Of a stretch of DNA of 64,000 nt, positions 37,901 to 46,968 are shown piece after piece. The position numbers and the translations under genes are program-made. Below the pieces are notes generated by a model, which did no database searches, was not told the origin of the DNA, and was given only the letters and a program-made list of their open reading frames with translations. This DNA is from an uncultured Planctomycetia bacterium (GTDB lineage Bacteria; Omnitrophota; Gorgyraeia; 2-02-FULL-51-18; JAGOUK01). How positions within the stretch are numbered: position 1 is the stretch's first letter; every line of letters starts with the position of its first letter. The stretch is taken from the NCBI GenBank assembly GCA_964430735.1, contig CAYSFB010000001.1:232674-296673 (forward strand), read 5' to 3'.

Positions 37901-38665
37901 TTAGGCTTCCTTGGCGACGGCGACCGCGGGCCGGACGCGTTCGATGACCTTGGGGGCCTTCGAGTCGATGAGCGGGGTGGTGCGACCGCCGTGGCCTTCG
38001 ATGGCCGCATCGGCGATGGACTTGGAAATGAGACGGATCGAGCGCAGCGCGTCGTCGTTGCCCGGGATCACATAGTTGACGATTTCGGGATCGGAATCCG
38101 TGTCGGCAAGACCGATGACCGGGATGTCGAGGCGGATGGCTTCCTTGACCGCGATGATCTCATGCTTCACGTCGACGACAAAAACCGCCGCGGGAAGCTT
38201 GTCCATCTGGGCCACGCCCGCCAGGTTCTTCTCGAACTTGACGATTTCCTTGCGGATGCCGGCGGCTTCCTTCTTGGTGATCTTTTCGAACGTGCCGTCG
38301 GTCGTCATCGTCAGGAGTTCCTGATAACGCGCGACGCTCTTGCGGATGGTGTTGAAGTTGGTGAGGAATCCGCCGAGCCAGCGGTTCACGACGTAGGGCA
38401 TTCCGGAACGGATCGCCTCTTCCTTCATGATCTCGCGGGCCTGGGGCTTGGTTCCGACGAAGAGGATCTTGCCGCCCTGGGAGGCCGTCTTCCGTGCGAA
38501 CTCACGCGCAAGCTCAAGCTTGCTGACCGTCTTTTCGAGGTCGATGATGTGAACCCCGTTCTTGATGCCGTAGATGAAACGCTTCATCTTGGGGTTCCAC
38601 TTACGCGTCTGGTGGCCGAAATGCACGCCGGCTTCCAAGAGATTGTTCGCTAATTCAGTAGACAA
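37901..38665 (-). CDS. rpsB: 30S ribosomal protein S2
   Basis: GVHFGHQTRKWNPKM motif. Start placed at the TTG 8 nt after a GGAGG; the track's longer form (38680) starts inside the SD. Confidence 0.88.
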   Translation of the reverse strand: MSTELANNLLEAGVHFGHQTRKWNPKMKRFIYGIKNGVHIIDLEKTVSKLELAREFARKTASQGGKILFVGTKPQAREIMKEEAIRSGMPYVVNRWLGGFLTNFNTIRKSVARYQELLTMTTDGTFEKITKKEAAGIRKEIVKFEKNLAGVAQMDKLPAAVFVVDVKHEIIAVKEAIRLDIPVIGLADTDSDPEIVNYVIPGNDDALRSIRLISKSIADAAIEGHGGRTTPLIDSKAPKVIERVRPAVAVAKEA

Positions 38666-38800
38666 AAACACGTCCTCCAATTCGAATCCGGCACGCAGCG
38701 TTCGCTTGCGCGCCGGTACACGACAGTGATGATCTTACGACTATAAAAGATGACGAGAAGCGGTGAGACTTCCGCGGCCCCGAGTTTTCGAGGTCCGGGC

Positions 38801-38829
38801 ATTATACCGACCGGGACTCATCCCTGCAA
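38801..38829 (-). promoter_or_regulatory. rpsB-tsf-pyrH-frr promoter TTGCAG-17-TATAAT
   Basis: Minus-strand reading gives acTTGCAGggatgagtcccggtcggTATAATgcc; yields a roughly 128-nt leader. Confidence 0.5.
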
Positions 38830-38900
38830 GTCTATTTCACAGGGAAAAGGATTACAAGGCACGGGACGAAAAAGGTATTTGTTAGTAGAACAAAAACTAA

Positions 38901-40715
38901 TTAGGCGTTGAACTGCATCTCGTACAGGCGCGCGTAGAGCCCCGGCTGTTTCACGAGGTCGTCGTGACGGCCTTCCTGGACGATGGCGCCGTTCTGCAGC
39001 ACGAGGATGCGGTCGGCGTTCTTGACCGTGCTGAGGCGGTGGGCAATCACGAGGACGGTGCGGCCGACCATGAGTTTGTGGATGGCATCCTGAACCAGCC
39101 GCTCGGACTCGGTGTCGAGCGCGGAAGTCGCTTCGTCGAGGATGAGAATGGGCGGGTTCTTGAGGACGGCACGGGCGATCGCGAGGCGCTGCTTTTCACC
39201 GCCGGAAAGCTTGAATCCCCTGTCCCCGATCCGGGTGTTGTAGCCCTCGGGGAGCTTTTGGATGAAGTCATGCGCGTTGGCGACGCGGGCCGCTTCTTCG
39301 ATGAGGGCGGGATCGAAGTCGCTTTTGCCGTAGGCGATGTTGGCGCTCACGGTGTCGTTGAAGAGGATGGTCTCCTGCGTCACGATGCCGATCTGTCCGC
39401 GCAGCGACTGGATCGCGGCCTGGGTCAGCGGACGGCCGTCCATGCGCACCTCCCCCTCGGTCGGGTCATAAAAACGCGGCAACAGATTGAGCAGCGTCGT
39501 CTTGCCCGAGCCGCTCGGACCCACGAGCGCGACGATTTCACCCTTCTTCACCGTGAAGCTGACGCCGTCGACCACCTTGCGGGACGGCTCGTAGGAAAAG
39601 GAGATATTCCGGTATTCGATCGTGTCGGCGAGCTTGGGCAGATACACGGGGTTGGCCGGCTCGAGGATCTCCTCCTTTTCGTCCAGCACCTGGAACACGC
39701 GTTCGGCCGCGGCCATCGAAGTCTGGTTGATCGCGTGGAGGCGCGACAGGCGCTTCAGCGGCCGGAACAGCGAGAACAGCGCCGTCGCGAATGCGAGGAA
39801 GGCGCCGGCGGACATTTCGTGATTGATGACGCGCGTCGCGCCGATCCAGGCGACCGCGCATCCGCAAAAAATTCCGATGAGCTCCGTGACCGGCGCGATC
39901 AACTGGTTGCGCGCGACCAGGCTCATCGTGGAGCGGTAGAACTCGTCGTTGAATTTGCCGAAGCGGCTCTTTTCGTACCCTTCCATACCGAAGGCCTGCA
40001 CGACGCGGACGCCCGTGACCGTTTCGTACAGGGACGCGTTGATGTCGGCCATCGCCTGCTGCGAGCTGCGGCTCATTTTTTTGAGCATCTTGCCGATCTG
40101 GACGACCGGAACGATGACGAGCGGCGTCACGACGGTGATCAGGATGACGAGCGACCAGGGGATGCCGAAGATCCAGCGGATCGACAGGAGCATCGCGATG
40201 TTCACGACGAGTTCGATCGGCTGGAAGATGAGGTCCATGAGACCTTCGGAGATCGCGTCGCGGACGATGCCGGTGTCGTGCGTCACGCGCGACACCAGTT
40301 CCCCCGACCGGCGCTTCGCGAAGAAGCTCAAAGGGCTGTGGATGAGCTTCGCATACAGATCTTTGCGCATGTCGTGGATCACGCGGTGGCTCATGTCGTT
40401 CATGAGGTAGGTCTGCCAGTACATGAACAGGGATTTGAACAGCGTCATGAAGACGGCCGCGGCGATGATGATGTTGAGCATCGTCGTGCGGGGCATGGCG
40501 TTGATCTGATCGATCCAGCCGAGGACAAAATCGGGGATGCCTTGAGTCTGCGGGACGACGACGGGCCGGTCGGCGATGATGCGGTCGATGAGCGGAATGA
40601 GCATCGCGATGGGCGAGGCCTTGAACAGGGATGTGAGCAGCATCGCGACGACCGAAAGGACGAAGATGCGCGTGTGCTGGCGGATGTATTGGAGCAGGCG
40701 CAGATACGGGTTCAT
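38901..40715 (-). CDS. msbA: MsbA-like fused ABC exporter (lipid A/lipid flippase candidate)
   Basis: Six-TM domain plus NBD (GPSGSGKTT, LSGGEKQRLAIARAVL, ILILDEATSALD). Divergently adjacent to the Gfo/Idh/MocA-lpxB pair. Confidence 0.8.
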   Translation of the reverse strand: MNPYLRLLQYIRQHTRIFVLSVVAMLLTSLFKASPIAMLIPLIDRIIADRPVVVPQTQGIPDFVLGWIDQINAMPRTTMLNIIIAAAVFMTLFKSLFMYWQTYLMNDMSHRVIHDMRKDLYAKLIHSPLSFFAKRRSGELVSRVTHDTGIVRDAISEGLMDLIFQPIELVVNIAMLLSIRWIFGIPWSLVILITVVTPLVIVPVVQIGKMLKKMSRSSQQAMADINASLYETVTGVRVVQAFGMEGYEKSRFGKFNDEFYRSTMSLVARNQLIAPVTELIGIFCGCAVAWIGATRVINHEMSAGAFLAFATALFSLFRPLKRLSRLHAINQTSMAAAERVFQVLDEKEEILEPANPVYLPKLADTIEYRNISFSYEPSRKVVDGVSFTVKKGEIVALVGPSGSGKTTLLNLLPRFYDPTEGEVRMDGRPLTQAAIQSLRGQIGIVTQETILFNDTVSANIAYGKSDFDPALIEEAARVANAHDFIQKLPEGYNTRIGDRGFKLSGGEKQRLAIARAVLKNPPILILDEATSALDTESERLVQDAIHKLMVGRTVLVIAHRLSTVKNADRILVLQNGAIVQEGRHDDLVKQPGLYARLYEMQFNA

Positions 40716-40767
40716 AGGCCGGCTATTTTAGCATCGCCTCCAACACCCGTGTTATAATTCACCGATT

Positions 40768-41715
40768 ATGTCCCGACTTCGAGTGGGTGTGGTCGGATGC
40801 GGAGTCCTCGGCTCCCGCCACGCCGAAATTTATCGCCAGCTTCCGGACGTCGACGTCGTCGCCGTCGTGGATCCCCTTCCCGAAAAAGCCGAAGCGCTCG
40901 CCAAGGCCGTCGGCGCGCGGGCTTTTTCGCGCATCGAGGACTGCATCGGTCTGATCGACGCGGCCAGCGTCTGCACGCCGGCCGTCAGCCACCACCAGGT
41001 CACCCGCCCCCTGCTCCAGGCCGGCGTGCACGTGCTGGTCGAAAAGCCCATCACCACGCGCCTCGAGGACGCCGACGACCTCATCGCCCTCGCCGGGGCC
41101 AAAAAGGCGATCCTCCAGATCGGCCACATCGAACGCTTCAACGGCGCCGTCAGCACCGTCAAAAAACTCGCACAGGATCCCGTCTTCATCGAATGCGACC
41201 GCATCGGCCCTTACGACCCGCGCATCAGCGACGTCGGCGTCGTCCTGGACCTCATGATCCACGACATCGACATCGTCCTCGACCTGGTCCAGTCGCCGGT
41301 GACTTCGGTCGAAGCGGTCGGCATGAACCTTTTTTCGGAACGCGAAGACTTCGCCCACGGCCGCATCCTCTTCCGGAACGGCGCGGTCGCCAGTCTGACC
41401 GCCAGCCGCATGGCCCAGAAGCGCCTGCGCAAGATCCGCATCTTCGACAAACATCAGTACTTCTCGCTCGACTACTTCCAGCAGGAGCTCATGACCCTCA
41501 CCCGCCAGCGTGCGGCCGAAGGCCGGACCGCGTACGAGCCCGTCCCCGTCACCAAGTCCCAGCCGCTCGAAGAAGAAGTGAAGAACTTCGTTTCCTGCGT
41601 CCGCGGCGGTCAGGTGCGCGGCGTTTCGGGTGCCGACGGACGCGCGGCGCTGGCCGTCGCCCTCCAGATCCTCGACCAGATCCAGCGCAAAAAAGTTGAA
41701 AAAATCTCCGTCTGA
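40768..41715 (+). CDS. Gfo/Idh/MocA-family NAD(P)-dependent oxidoreductase
   Basis: Rossmann N-terminus VGVVGCGVLGSRHAEIY plus the EKP motif (VLVEKPIT). Confidence 0.8.
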   Translation: MSRLRVGVVGCGVLGSRHAEIYRQLPDVDVVAVVDPLPEKAEALAKAVGARAFSRIEDCIGLIDAASVCTPAVSHHQVTRPLLQAGVHVLVEKPITTRLEDADDLIALAGAKKAILQIGHIERFNGAVSTVKKLAQDPVFIECDRIGPYDPRISDVGVVLDLMIHDIDIVLDLVQSPVTSVEAVGMNLFSEREDFAHGRILFRNGAVASLTASRMAQKRLRKIRIFDKHQYFSLDYFQQELMTLTRQRAAEGRTAYEPVPVTKSQPLEEEVKNFVSCVRGGQVRGVSGADGRAALAVALQILDQIQRKKVEKISV

Positions 41716-42838
41716 CGGAAAAAAAATCCTGATCATCACCGGCGAAGCGTCCGGCGACCAGCTCGGCGCCGCGCTTGCCGTTTCGCTCCGGGAGATCGAT
41801 CCGGCCGTCCGGCTGCACGGCGTCGGCGGCTCCAAGATGGAAGCGCTCCGCCTGGACAGCTTCCGGTCGAGCGGAACCTCGCACGCCACGGGACTCACCG
41901 AAGTGCTCAAGCATCTGCCCGAATACTTCCGGCTGTTCCAACAGATCCTCGAAGACATCCGCACGATCCGTCCCGACCTCATCGTTCTGGTCGACAACCC
42001 CGGCTTCAACCTGCGCCTCGCCAAAAAATTGCTGCCGTCCGGAATTCCCGTCGTCGGCTACGTCTCCCCCCAGGTCTGGGCCTGGAAGGAAGGCCGGACC
42101 CGGACGATGGCCAAAGTTTTCAAAAAAGTCCTGACGCTGTTCGACTTCGAAGAGGATTTTTTGGAAAAGCGCGGCGTGAAGGCCAAGTGGGTGGGACATC
42201 CGATCGTCGAAGCCTGGCCGGCCGACCCGGGCCGCGCCCCCGAGCGGGATGCCGCTCCGGCGCAACGAATCCTGCTCCTGCCGGGCTCGCGTCCGCACGA
42301 AGTCCGGAAGCTCCTCCCGGTCATGCTGGAAGCCGCCGGGCGTATTTCCAAAAAATATCCGGACATCCGGTGGTCGCTCCTGGAAGCCGACACGCTGCCC
42401 GACGCTTTTTACGCGCCTCTTTTGGCCCCGGCTGCCGGCCCCCGCCTCGAACGCGTCCGCGGCGGCGACAAGCAAAAGCTTTTTCTAAAGTCCGACCTGG
42501 CCTGGGCCTGCTCCGGCACCGTCACGCTCGAATGCGCGCTCGCCCAGCTCCCCAGCATCATCGGCTACCGCACCTCCACAATCACCGTCGTCATCGCCCG
42601 CTTCCTGGTGAAGGTCAAATATCTCGGCATGCCCAACCTCCTGGCCGGCAAAGAAATCATGCCCGAACTCCTCCAAGAAAAATTCACCCCGGAAAATCTA
42701 GAGTCCCTGACGCTGAACTGGCTCCAAAACCCCTCCGCCCTCGCCCTCTCCCGCTCTTCTCTCTCGTCCATCCGCCCCCACCTAGGCGCCCCCGGCTCTG
42801 CGCAGCGCGCCGCCCACGAACTCCTCTCGCTCATCTGA
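41696..42838 (+). CDS. lpxB: lipid-A-disaccharide synthase
   Basis: KKILIITGEASGDQLGAALAVSLRE N-terminal motif and GT-B fold. Start tentatively the TTG at 41696, a 20-nt overlap with the oxidoreductase; the track maximum is 41630. Confidence 0.8.
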   Translation: MKKSPSDGKKILIITGEASGDQLGAALAVSLREIDPAVRLHGVGGSKMEALRLDSFRSSGTSHATGLTEVLKHLPEYFRLFQQILEDIRTIRPDLIVLVDNPGFNLRLAKKLLPSGIPVVGYVSPQVWAWKEGRTRTMAKVFKKVLTLFDFEEDFLEKRGVKAKWVGHPIVEAWPADPGRAPERDAAPAQRILLLPGSRPHEVRKLLPVMLEAAGRISKKYPDIRWSLLEADTLPDAFYAPLLAPAAGPRLERVRGGDKQKLFLKSDLAWACSGTVTLECALAQLPSIIGYRTSTITVVIARFLVKVKYLGMPNLLAGKEIMPELLQEKFTPENLESLTLNWLQNPSALALSRSSLSSIRPHLGAPGSAQRAAHELLSLI

Positions 42839-42842
42839 CCCA

Positions 42843-42993
42843 AGGACGCCCTGCGGCAGATGCAGGTCTTCTACGAACAGAGCCGCTCGCGCGCTGTCAA
42901 AGACTAGGCGCGCTTGCTCCTTGCTCCTCCTCGGCGGGGACGCCTCGTCGGAGCAAAAGTTCTACGAAGACCTACATCTGCCGCAGGGCGTCC
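42843..42993. repeat. 151-bp nested palindromic unit 1 (about 35-bp imperfect terminal inverted repeats)
   Basis: AGGACGCCCTGCGGCAGATGCAGGTCTTCTACGAAC ... GTTCTACGAAGACCTACATCTGCCGCAGGGCGTCCT. Interior holds GCGCGC...GCGCGC, TTGCTCC...GGAGCAA and the 23-mer CCTCGGCGGGGACGCCTCGTCGG. Begins 5 nt after the lpxB stop. Confidence 0.6.
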
Positions 42994-43025
42994 TAAATCT
43001 ATTCGCTTGAACGCAGTTGCTGGGT

Positions 43026-43176
43026 GCCCGCAGGGAGGAAGCGGTATGGCTTCGAAGGGCTTTTTGTCCGACGAGGCGTCCCCGCCGAGGAGGACAAATG
43101 GAGCGGGCGCGCCTCGTCTTAGACAGCGCGCCCGCGGCTATGCCCGGAAAAGCCATGCTGCTTCCTCCCTGCGGGC
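43026..43176. repeat. 151-bp nested palindromic unit 2 (17-bp perfect terminal inverted repeats), with interior similar to the reverse complement of unit 1
   Basis: GCCCGCAGGGAGGAAGC...GCTTCCTCCCTGCGGGC. Interior holds CCGACGAGGCGTCCCCGCCGAGG (exact reverse complement of the unit-1 23-mer) and GCGCGCctcgtcttagacaGCGCGC (about 85% to the reverse complement of the unit-1 counterpart). Ends 22 nt before the glnA stop. Confidence 0.6.
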
Positions 43177-43197
43177 AAACCGATCAACGAAGAGAAA

Positions 43198-44583
43198 TTA
43201 TAGTGTGGGAAGGTCTTTCTTGAGCTCGTACTGGGAGATGTGGTGGCGGTAGTTTTCCCACTCGATTTCTTTGTTTTCGATCAGCGAGTGGAAAATGTGG
43301 TCGCCCAGCGCCTCGCGGAGGAACTTGGACTTGCGTGCGACTTCGATCGCTTCGCCCAGGCTCGTCGGCATTTCTTCGACGCCGGCCTTCGCTTTTTCTT
43401 CGCGGGACCAGCTGACGACGTCGCCTTCGGCGGCTTTGGGAAGCTTGTACTTTTGCTCGATGCCCTTCAGACCCGCGGCCAGCATCGTGCTGAACGCGAG
43501 GTACGGGTTGCAGGCCGGGTCCGGCGAGCGGAATTCGGCGCGGGCCGTTTCGTCGCGGCCGGCCTTGTTGGCCGGGATGCGGACGAGGGCAGAGCGGTTT
43601 TTCTGCCCCCAGAGGATGTGCGTGGGCGCTTCGTAGCCGGTCACGAGCCGCTTGTAGGAATTGACCCACTGGTTGGTCACGATCGCCATTTCGCGCGAGT
43701 GGCGGAGGAGGCCGGCGACATAGGCCTTGGCCACCGGCGACATCTGGGCCTTGTCGCGCGCGTCGTAGAACGCGTTGCGCTCGGCGACGCCCTTGCGCGC
43801 CGCGTGGAACAGCGACTGGTGCACGTGCATGCCGCTGCCGTTCTGGCCTTCGATCGGCTTGGGCATGAAGGTCGCGTGAACGCCGTTGCGCAGCGCGATC
43901 TCTTTGGCGGTCAGGCGGTACGTCATCACGCTGTCGGCCATCGTGAGCGCGTCCATGTGCTTGAGGTCAATCTCGTGCTGGCCCGGGGCCACTTCGTGGT
44001 GGCTCGAATGGACGGGAATCCCCATCTCCTCGAGCGTCAGCACCGTCTGGCGGCGCATGTCGCTGCCGGTATCGAGCGGCGTCAGGTCAAAATAGCCGCC
44101 CTGGTCGGTGGGCTCGGGCTTGTCGGTCGACTTGAAATAAAAGAACTCGATTTCGGGTCCGACGTAAAACGTGAAGCCGAGCTGGGCCGCGCGCTTGAGC
44201 TGGCGCTTGAGGCAGTGCCGCGGGTCGCCCTCGAAGGGGCGGCCGTCCATGTGATGGATGTCAGCGAACATGCGGGCCACGGCGTTCTCGCGCGGGCGCC
44301 ACGGCAGGACCTGGAAGGTCTTCGGGTCGCAGACGGCGATCATGTCGTGCTCTTCGGCGCGGGCGAAGCTTTCGATCGACGAGCCGTCGACGCCGACGCC
44401 CTCCTCGAGGGCCTTGTCGAGCGCGTCGATGGTGATCGCGAAGCTTTTCAGGAAGCCGAGGATGTCGGTGAACCAGATGCGGATGAATTTGACGTCATGC
44501 TCACGGGCCTGCTGGGTCAAAAAGACGGCGGCGTCGCGGCGGGCTTTGGCTCCGGAACGGGAAGGGCTGGTTTGGGGGCTCAT
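43198..44583 (-). CDS. glnA: glutamine synthetase type I
   Basis: VKFIRIWFTDILG beta-grasp N-terminus, catalytic core ...NGSGMHVHQSLF..., and adenylylation-region-like C-terminus. Start set at ATG 44583 (AAGGAAAC RBS); an alternative ATG is at 44598. Confidence 0.9.
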   Translation of the reverse strand: MSPQTSPSRSGAKARRDAAVFLTQQAREHDVKFIRIWFTDILGFLKSFAITIDALDKALEEGVGVDGSSIESFARAEEHDMIAVCDPKTFQVLPWRPRENAVARMFADIHHMDGRPFEGDPRHCLKRQLKRAAQLGFTFYVGPEIEFFYFKSTDKPEPTDQGGYFDLTPLDTGSDMRRQTVLTLEEMGIPVHSSHHEVAPGQHEIDLKHMDALTMADSVMTYRLTAKEIALRNGVHATFMPKPIEGQNGSGMHVHQSLFHAARKGVAERNAFYDARDKAQMSPVAKAYVAGLLRHSREMAIVTNQWVNSYKRLVTGYEAPTHILWGQKNRSALVRIPANKAGRDETARAEFRSPDPACNPYLAFSTMLAAGLKGIEQKYKLPKAAEGDVVSWSREEKAKAGVEEMPTSLGEAIEVARKSKFLREALGDHIFHSLIENKEIEWENYRHHISQYELKKDLPTL

Positions 44584-44611
44584 AAGTTTCCTTTTCATGC
44601 TCCAGAAGGGG

Positions 44612-45301
44612 TCAGTCGGAGTCGGGTTGAATGAATTTGTAGCCGATGTTCCGGACCGTCTCGATAAAGGCGCGCTTCTTGATCTCGATCTTGGACCGCA
44701 GGCGGCGGACGTGAACGTCGACCGTCCGGGCTCCGCCGAAGTACTCATAACCCCAGACCTTGTTGAGCAGCGCGTCGCGGTCGAAGACCTGGCCCGGATG
44801 GCTGGCCAGGAACTTGAGCAATTGATATTCGGTGTAGGTCAGATCGACCTTGTCCCCGCCCACGCGGACTTCATAACGGCCGATGTCGATTTCGAGGTCG
44901 CCGGAGATGATGACGTTTTTGTCGGTGATCCGGTGGAATTTTTTGTAGGCAAGGACGAGGCGCGCGACGCATTCCTCGACCCGGAGCGGACGGGTGAACA
45001 CATCGTACACGCCGGCCGGGATCTGAAAGGACGGATGCGCCAGCTCCTTCACGTCGAGCACGGCGAACAGCGGAAGTTCGGCGAGCGCTTTTTCGGACTT
45101 GATGCGCTCGCAGACGGCGAGAAGGGCGGCGGAAGAAGCGGCGGAAGCCACGAGAAGCTCGGGCTTGGCTTTGGCGGCCAGATCGGCCGTGACGTCTTTG
45201 ACGGCCGCCTGACGGCTGACAAAATGCGGCGAGTCTTTGAGCGCCTGCTGAAGGGCTTTGAGGTCGTCGGAATCCGATATCAACAAAACTTTGGCGTTCA
45301 T
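44612..45301 (-). CDS. OmpR-family winged-helix regulator with atypical (Asp-less) receiver domain
   Basis: C-terminal trans_reg_C domain (LTYTEYQLLKFLASHPGQVFDRDALLNKVWG...RTVDVHVRRLR). In the receiver-like N-terminus the acidic pocket DSDD is present, but the phospho-acceptor position reads PELLVAS instead of DLVLLD. Confidence 0.7.
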   Translation of the reverse strand: MNAKVLLISDSDDLKALQQALKDSPHFVSRQAAVKDVTADLAAKAKPELLVASAASSAALLAVCERIKSEKALAELPLFAVLDVKELAHPSFQIPAGVYDVFTRPLRVEECVARLVLAYKKFHRITDKNVIISGDLEIDIGRYEVRVGGDKVDLTYTEYQLLKFLASHPGQVFDRDALLNKVWGYEYFGGARTVDVHVRRLRSKIEIKKRAFIETVRNIGYKFIQPDSD

Positions 45302-45311
45302 GCTGCTTTTC

Positions 45312-46154
45312 CTATGATCCGATGAGAACGATTCCGAGCCGGTCGGCCAGAGTGACCATTTTACCCGGATCCGCCAGAAGTGTCCTTCCTTTTTCGGCGC
45401 ACACGGCGGCGAACCCGGCGCGGGCGGCGCGCTCGATCGTCTCTTCGCCGAGCACGGGCATGTCGAATCGGAGGTCCTGTTGGGGTTTGGCCGTCTTGAC
45501 CAGCACCGCGCCATGGATCCCCAGCGCTCCGACCCGGTCGATCATCGCGTCCGTGCCCTCGATCCCTTCGACCGCGATCACAGTCCCGCCGCGGATCGCG
45601 ACGGCCTGACCGATGTCGAGGCGGCCCACGGCACGGGCTTTTTTGAGACCGACGGCGATGTCCGACTTCATCTGGTCGTCCGGAGCGAGGCGGCCGAGGA
45701 TACGGCCGGGCGCGATCCACTGAGGCAGAAGCTCGTGAATCCCGAACACGCGAATCCCCTGCACGCGCAGAAAAGCCGAGAGCGCCTTGAGGATCTGATG
45801 GTCGCCTTTTTCGCGGCCGGCGGTCCGGATCACGGTCCCGGACACTTCGTCGGGCTTGAATCCGGGGTCATAAATTTTGCGTTTGACGATTTTACCCACG
45901 AACGTCACCCGGCGGATCGCCCGCGACTTGACGGCTTCCAGCGCCTTGGCGCCCTCGCTCACGGATACTTCAAGGAGCTCATCCGCGAACGGACCAAACA
46001 CATCGCTCGAATCCCGCTCCACGCTGATGACAAGCACCTTAGCCCCGGCGCGGCGCAATTCCTCGGCGGCGCGCACGGCGAACCCGCCGCGGCCCGCGAC
46101 CAGCGCGACCCGCTCGCCTTTTTTGATCGGTTGGGCTCCCCGCCAGACCGGCAT
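45312..46154 (-). CDS. lpxI: UDP-2,3-diacylglucosamine pyrophosphatase LpxI (DUF1009)
   Basis: DUF1009 two-domain architecture (VALVAGRGGFAVRAAEE ... GTDAMIDRVG); located immediately downstream of lpxA. Confidence 0.7.
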   Translation of the reverse strand: MPVWRGAQPIKKGERVALVAGRGGFAVRAAEELRRAGAKVLVISVERDSSDVFGPFADELLEVSVSEGAKALEAVKSRAIRRVTFVGKIVKRKIYDPGFKPDEVSGTVIRTAGREKGDHQILKALSAFLRVQGIRVFGIHELLPQWIAPGRILGRLAPDDQMKSDIAVGLKKARAVGRLDIGQAVAIRGGTVIAVEGIEGTDAMIDRVGALGIHGAVLVKTAKPQQDLRFDMPVLGEETIERAARAGFAAVCAEKGRTLLADPGKMVTLADRLGIVLIGS

Positions 46155-46166
46155 GGCGCGCTTCCG

Positions 46167-46961
46167 CTATTCCTCGCCCGAGCCGACGGCCCTGGGCGCG
46201 ATGCCGCGTTTGGATGCGGCCACAAAATCCAGGATCCGCCGGACATCCGGCGACTGGGATGCGAGCGGCGCAACCGCCTGCAGCGCGTCGCCTCTCAAAA
46301 GCCCTGAAAAGTACAGGATCTGGATCGCTTGCTTGATGTAACGAACGCGGTCCGACGGGAACTTGGCCCGGCGCAGACCGATGGAATTGACGCCGCGGAC
46401 CCGGGCGGGGTTGCCGTCACACAGGGCGAAAGGGATGACATCCGTGACCAGCTTGGTGAGCCCGCCGACCATGGCGTACTCGCCGATCTTCACAAACTGA
46501 TGGACTCCCAAAAGACCGCTCAAAAAGACGTGATCACTGACCTCCACATGCCCGGACAACTGGGTCCCGTTGGCGATGACGATGTCGTTGCCCAGCCGGC
46601 AATCGTGCGCCACGTGAACGCCGGACATGATGTAATTGCGGTCGCCGACGACGGTCGCGGCTCCCTGGGTGCCGGAGGCATGGATTGTCGCGTACTCGCG
46701 GAACGTGTTGGCGGCGCCGATCCGGAGCGCGCCGACGGCGTGCGCGGCCTTGATCTGGGAGTCTCCTCCGACGATGCAGCCGGCGCCGATCATGTTCCCG
46801 GGCCCGATCTGCGTGTCTCCGGACAGGACCGCGTGCGGTCCGATGCGGGTTCCGGCACCGACCCGGACCCCGTCTCCAACGATCGCATAAGGACCGACTT
46901 CGACGTCCGGTTCCAGAACGGCTTTGGAAGAAACGATGGCGGTCGGGTGGATTGCAGTCAC
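46167..46961 (-). CDS. lpxA: acyl-ACP--UDP-GlcNAc O-acyltransferase
   Basis: IHPTAIV... hexapeptide left-handed helix plus the C-terminal helical domain. Confidence 0.9.
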   Translation of the reverse strand: MTAIHPTAIVSSKAVLEPDVEVGPYAIVGDGVRVGAGTRIGPHAVLSGDTQIGPGNMIGAGCIVGGDSQIKAAHAVGALRIGAANTFREYATIHASGTQGAATVVGDRNYIMSGVHVAHDCRLGNDIVIANGTQLSGHVEVSDHVFLSGLLGVHQFVKIGEYAMVGGLTKLVTDVIPFALCDGNPARVRGVNSIGLRRAKFPSDRVRYIKQAIQILYFSGLLRGDALQAVAPLASQSPDVRRILDFVAASKRGIAPRAVGSGEE

Positions 46962-46968
46962 GGGATTG

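Noticed and set aside
38878-38896. TTGTT-agtag-AACAA mini-hairpin after the msbA-like gene as a terminator.
   Set aside because: The stem is only 5 bp and AT-rich, too weak to call.
42914-43252. 112-aa plus-strand and 64-aa minus-strand ORFs (42962-43156) that both encode PPRRGRLVG.K.LR.
   Set aside because: They are mirror translations of the same palindromic DNA (units 1 and 2), i.e. artefacts of the inverted-repeat structure; one runs into the glnA 3' end.
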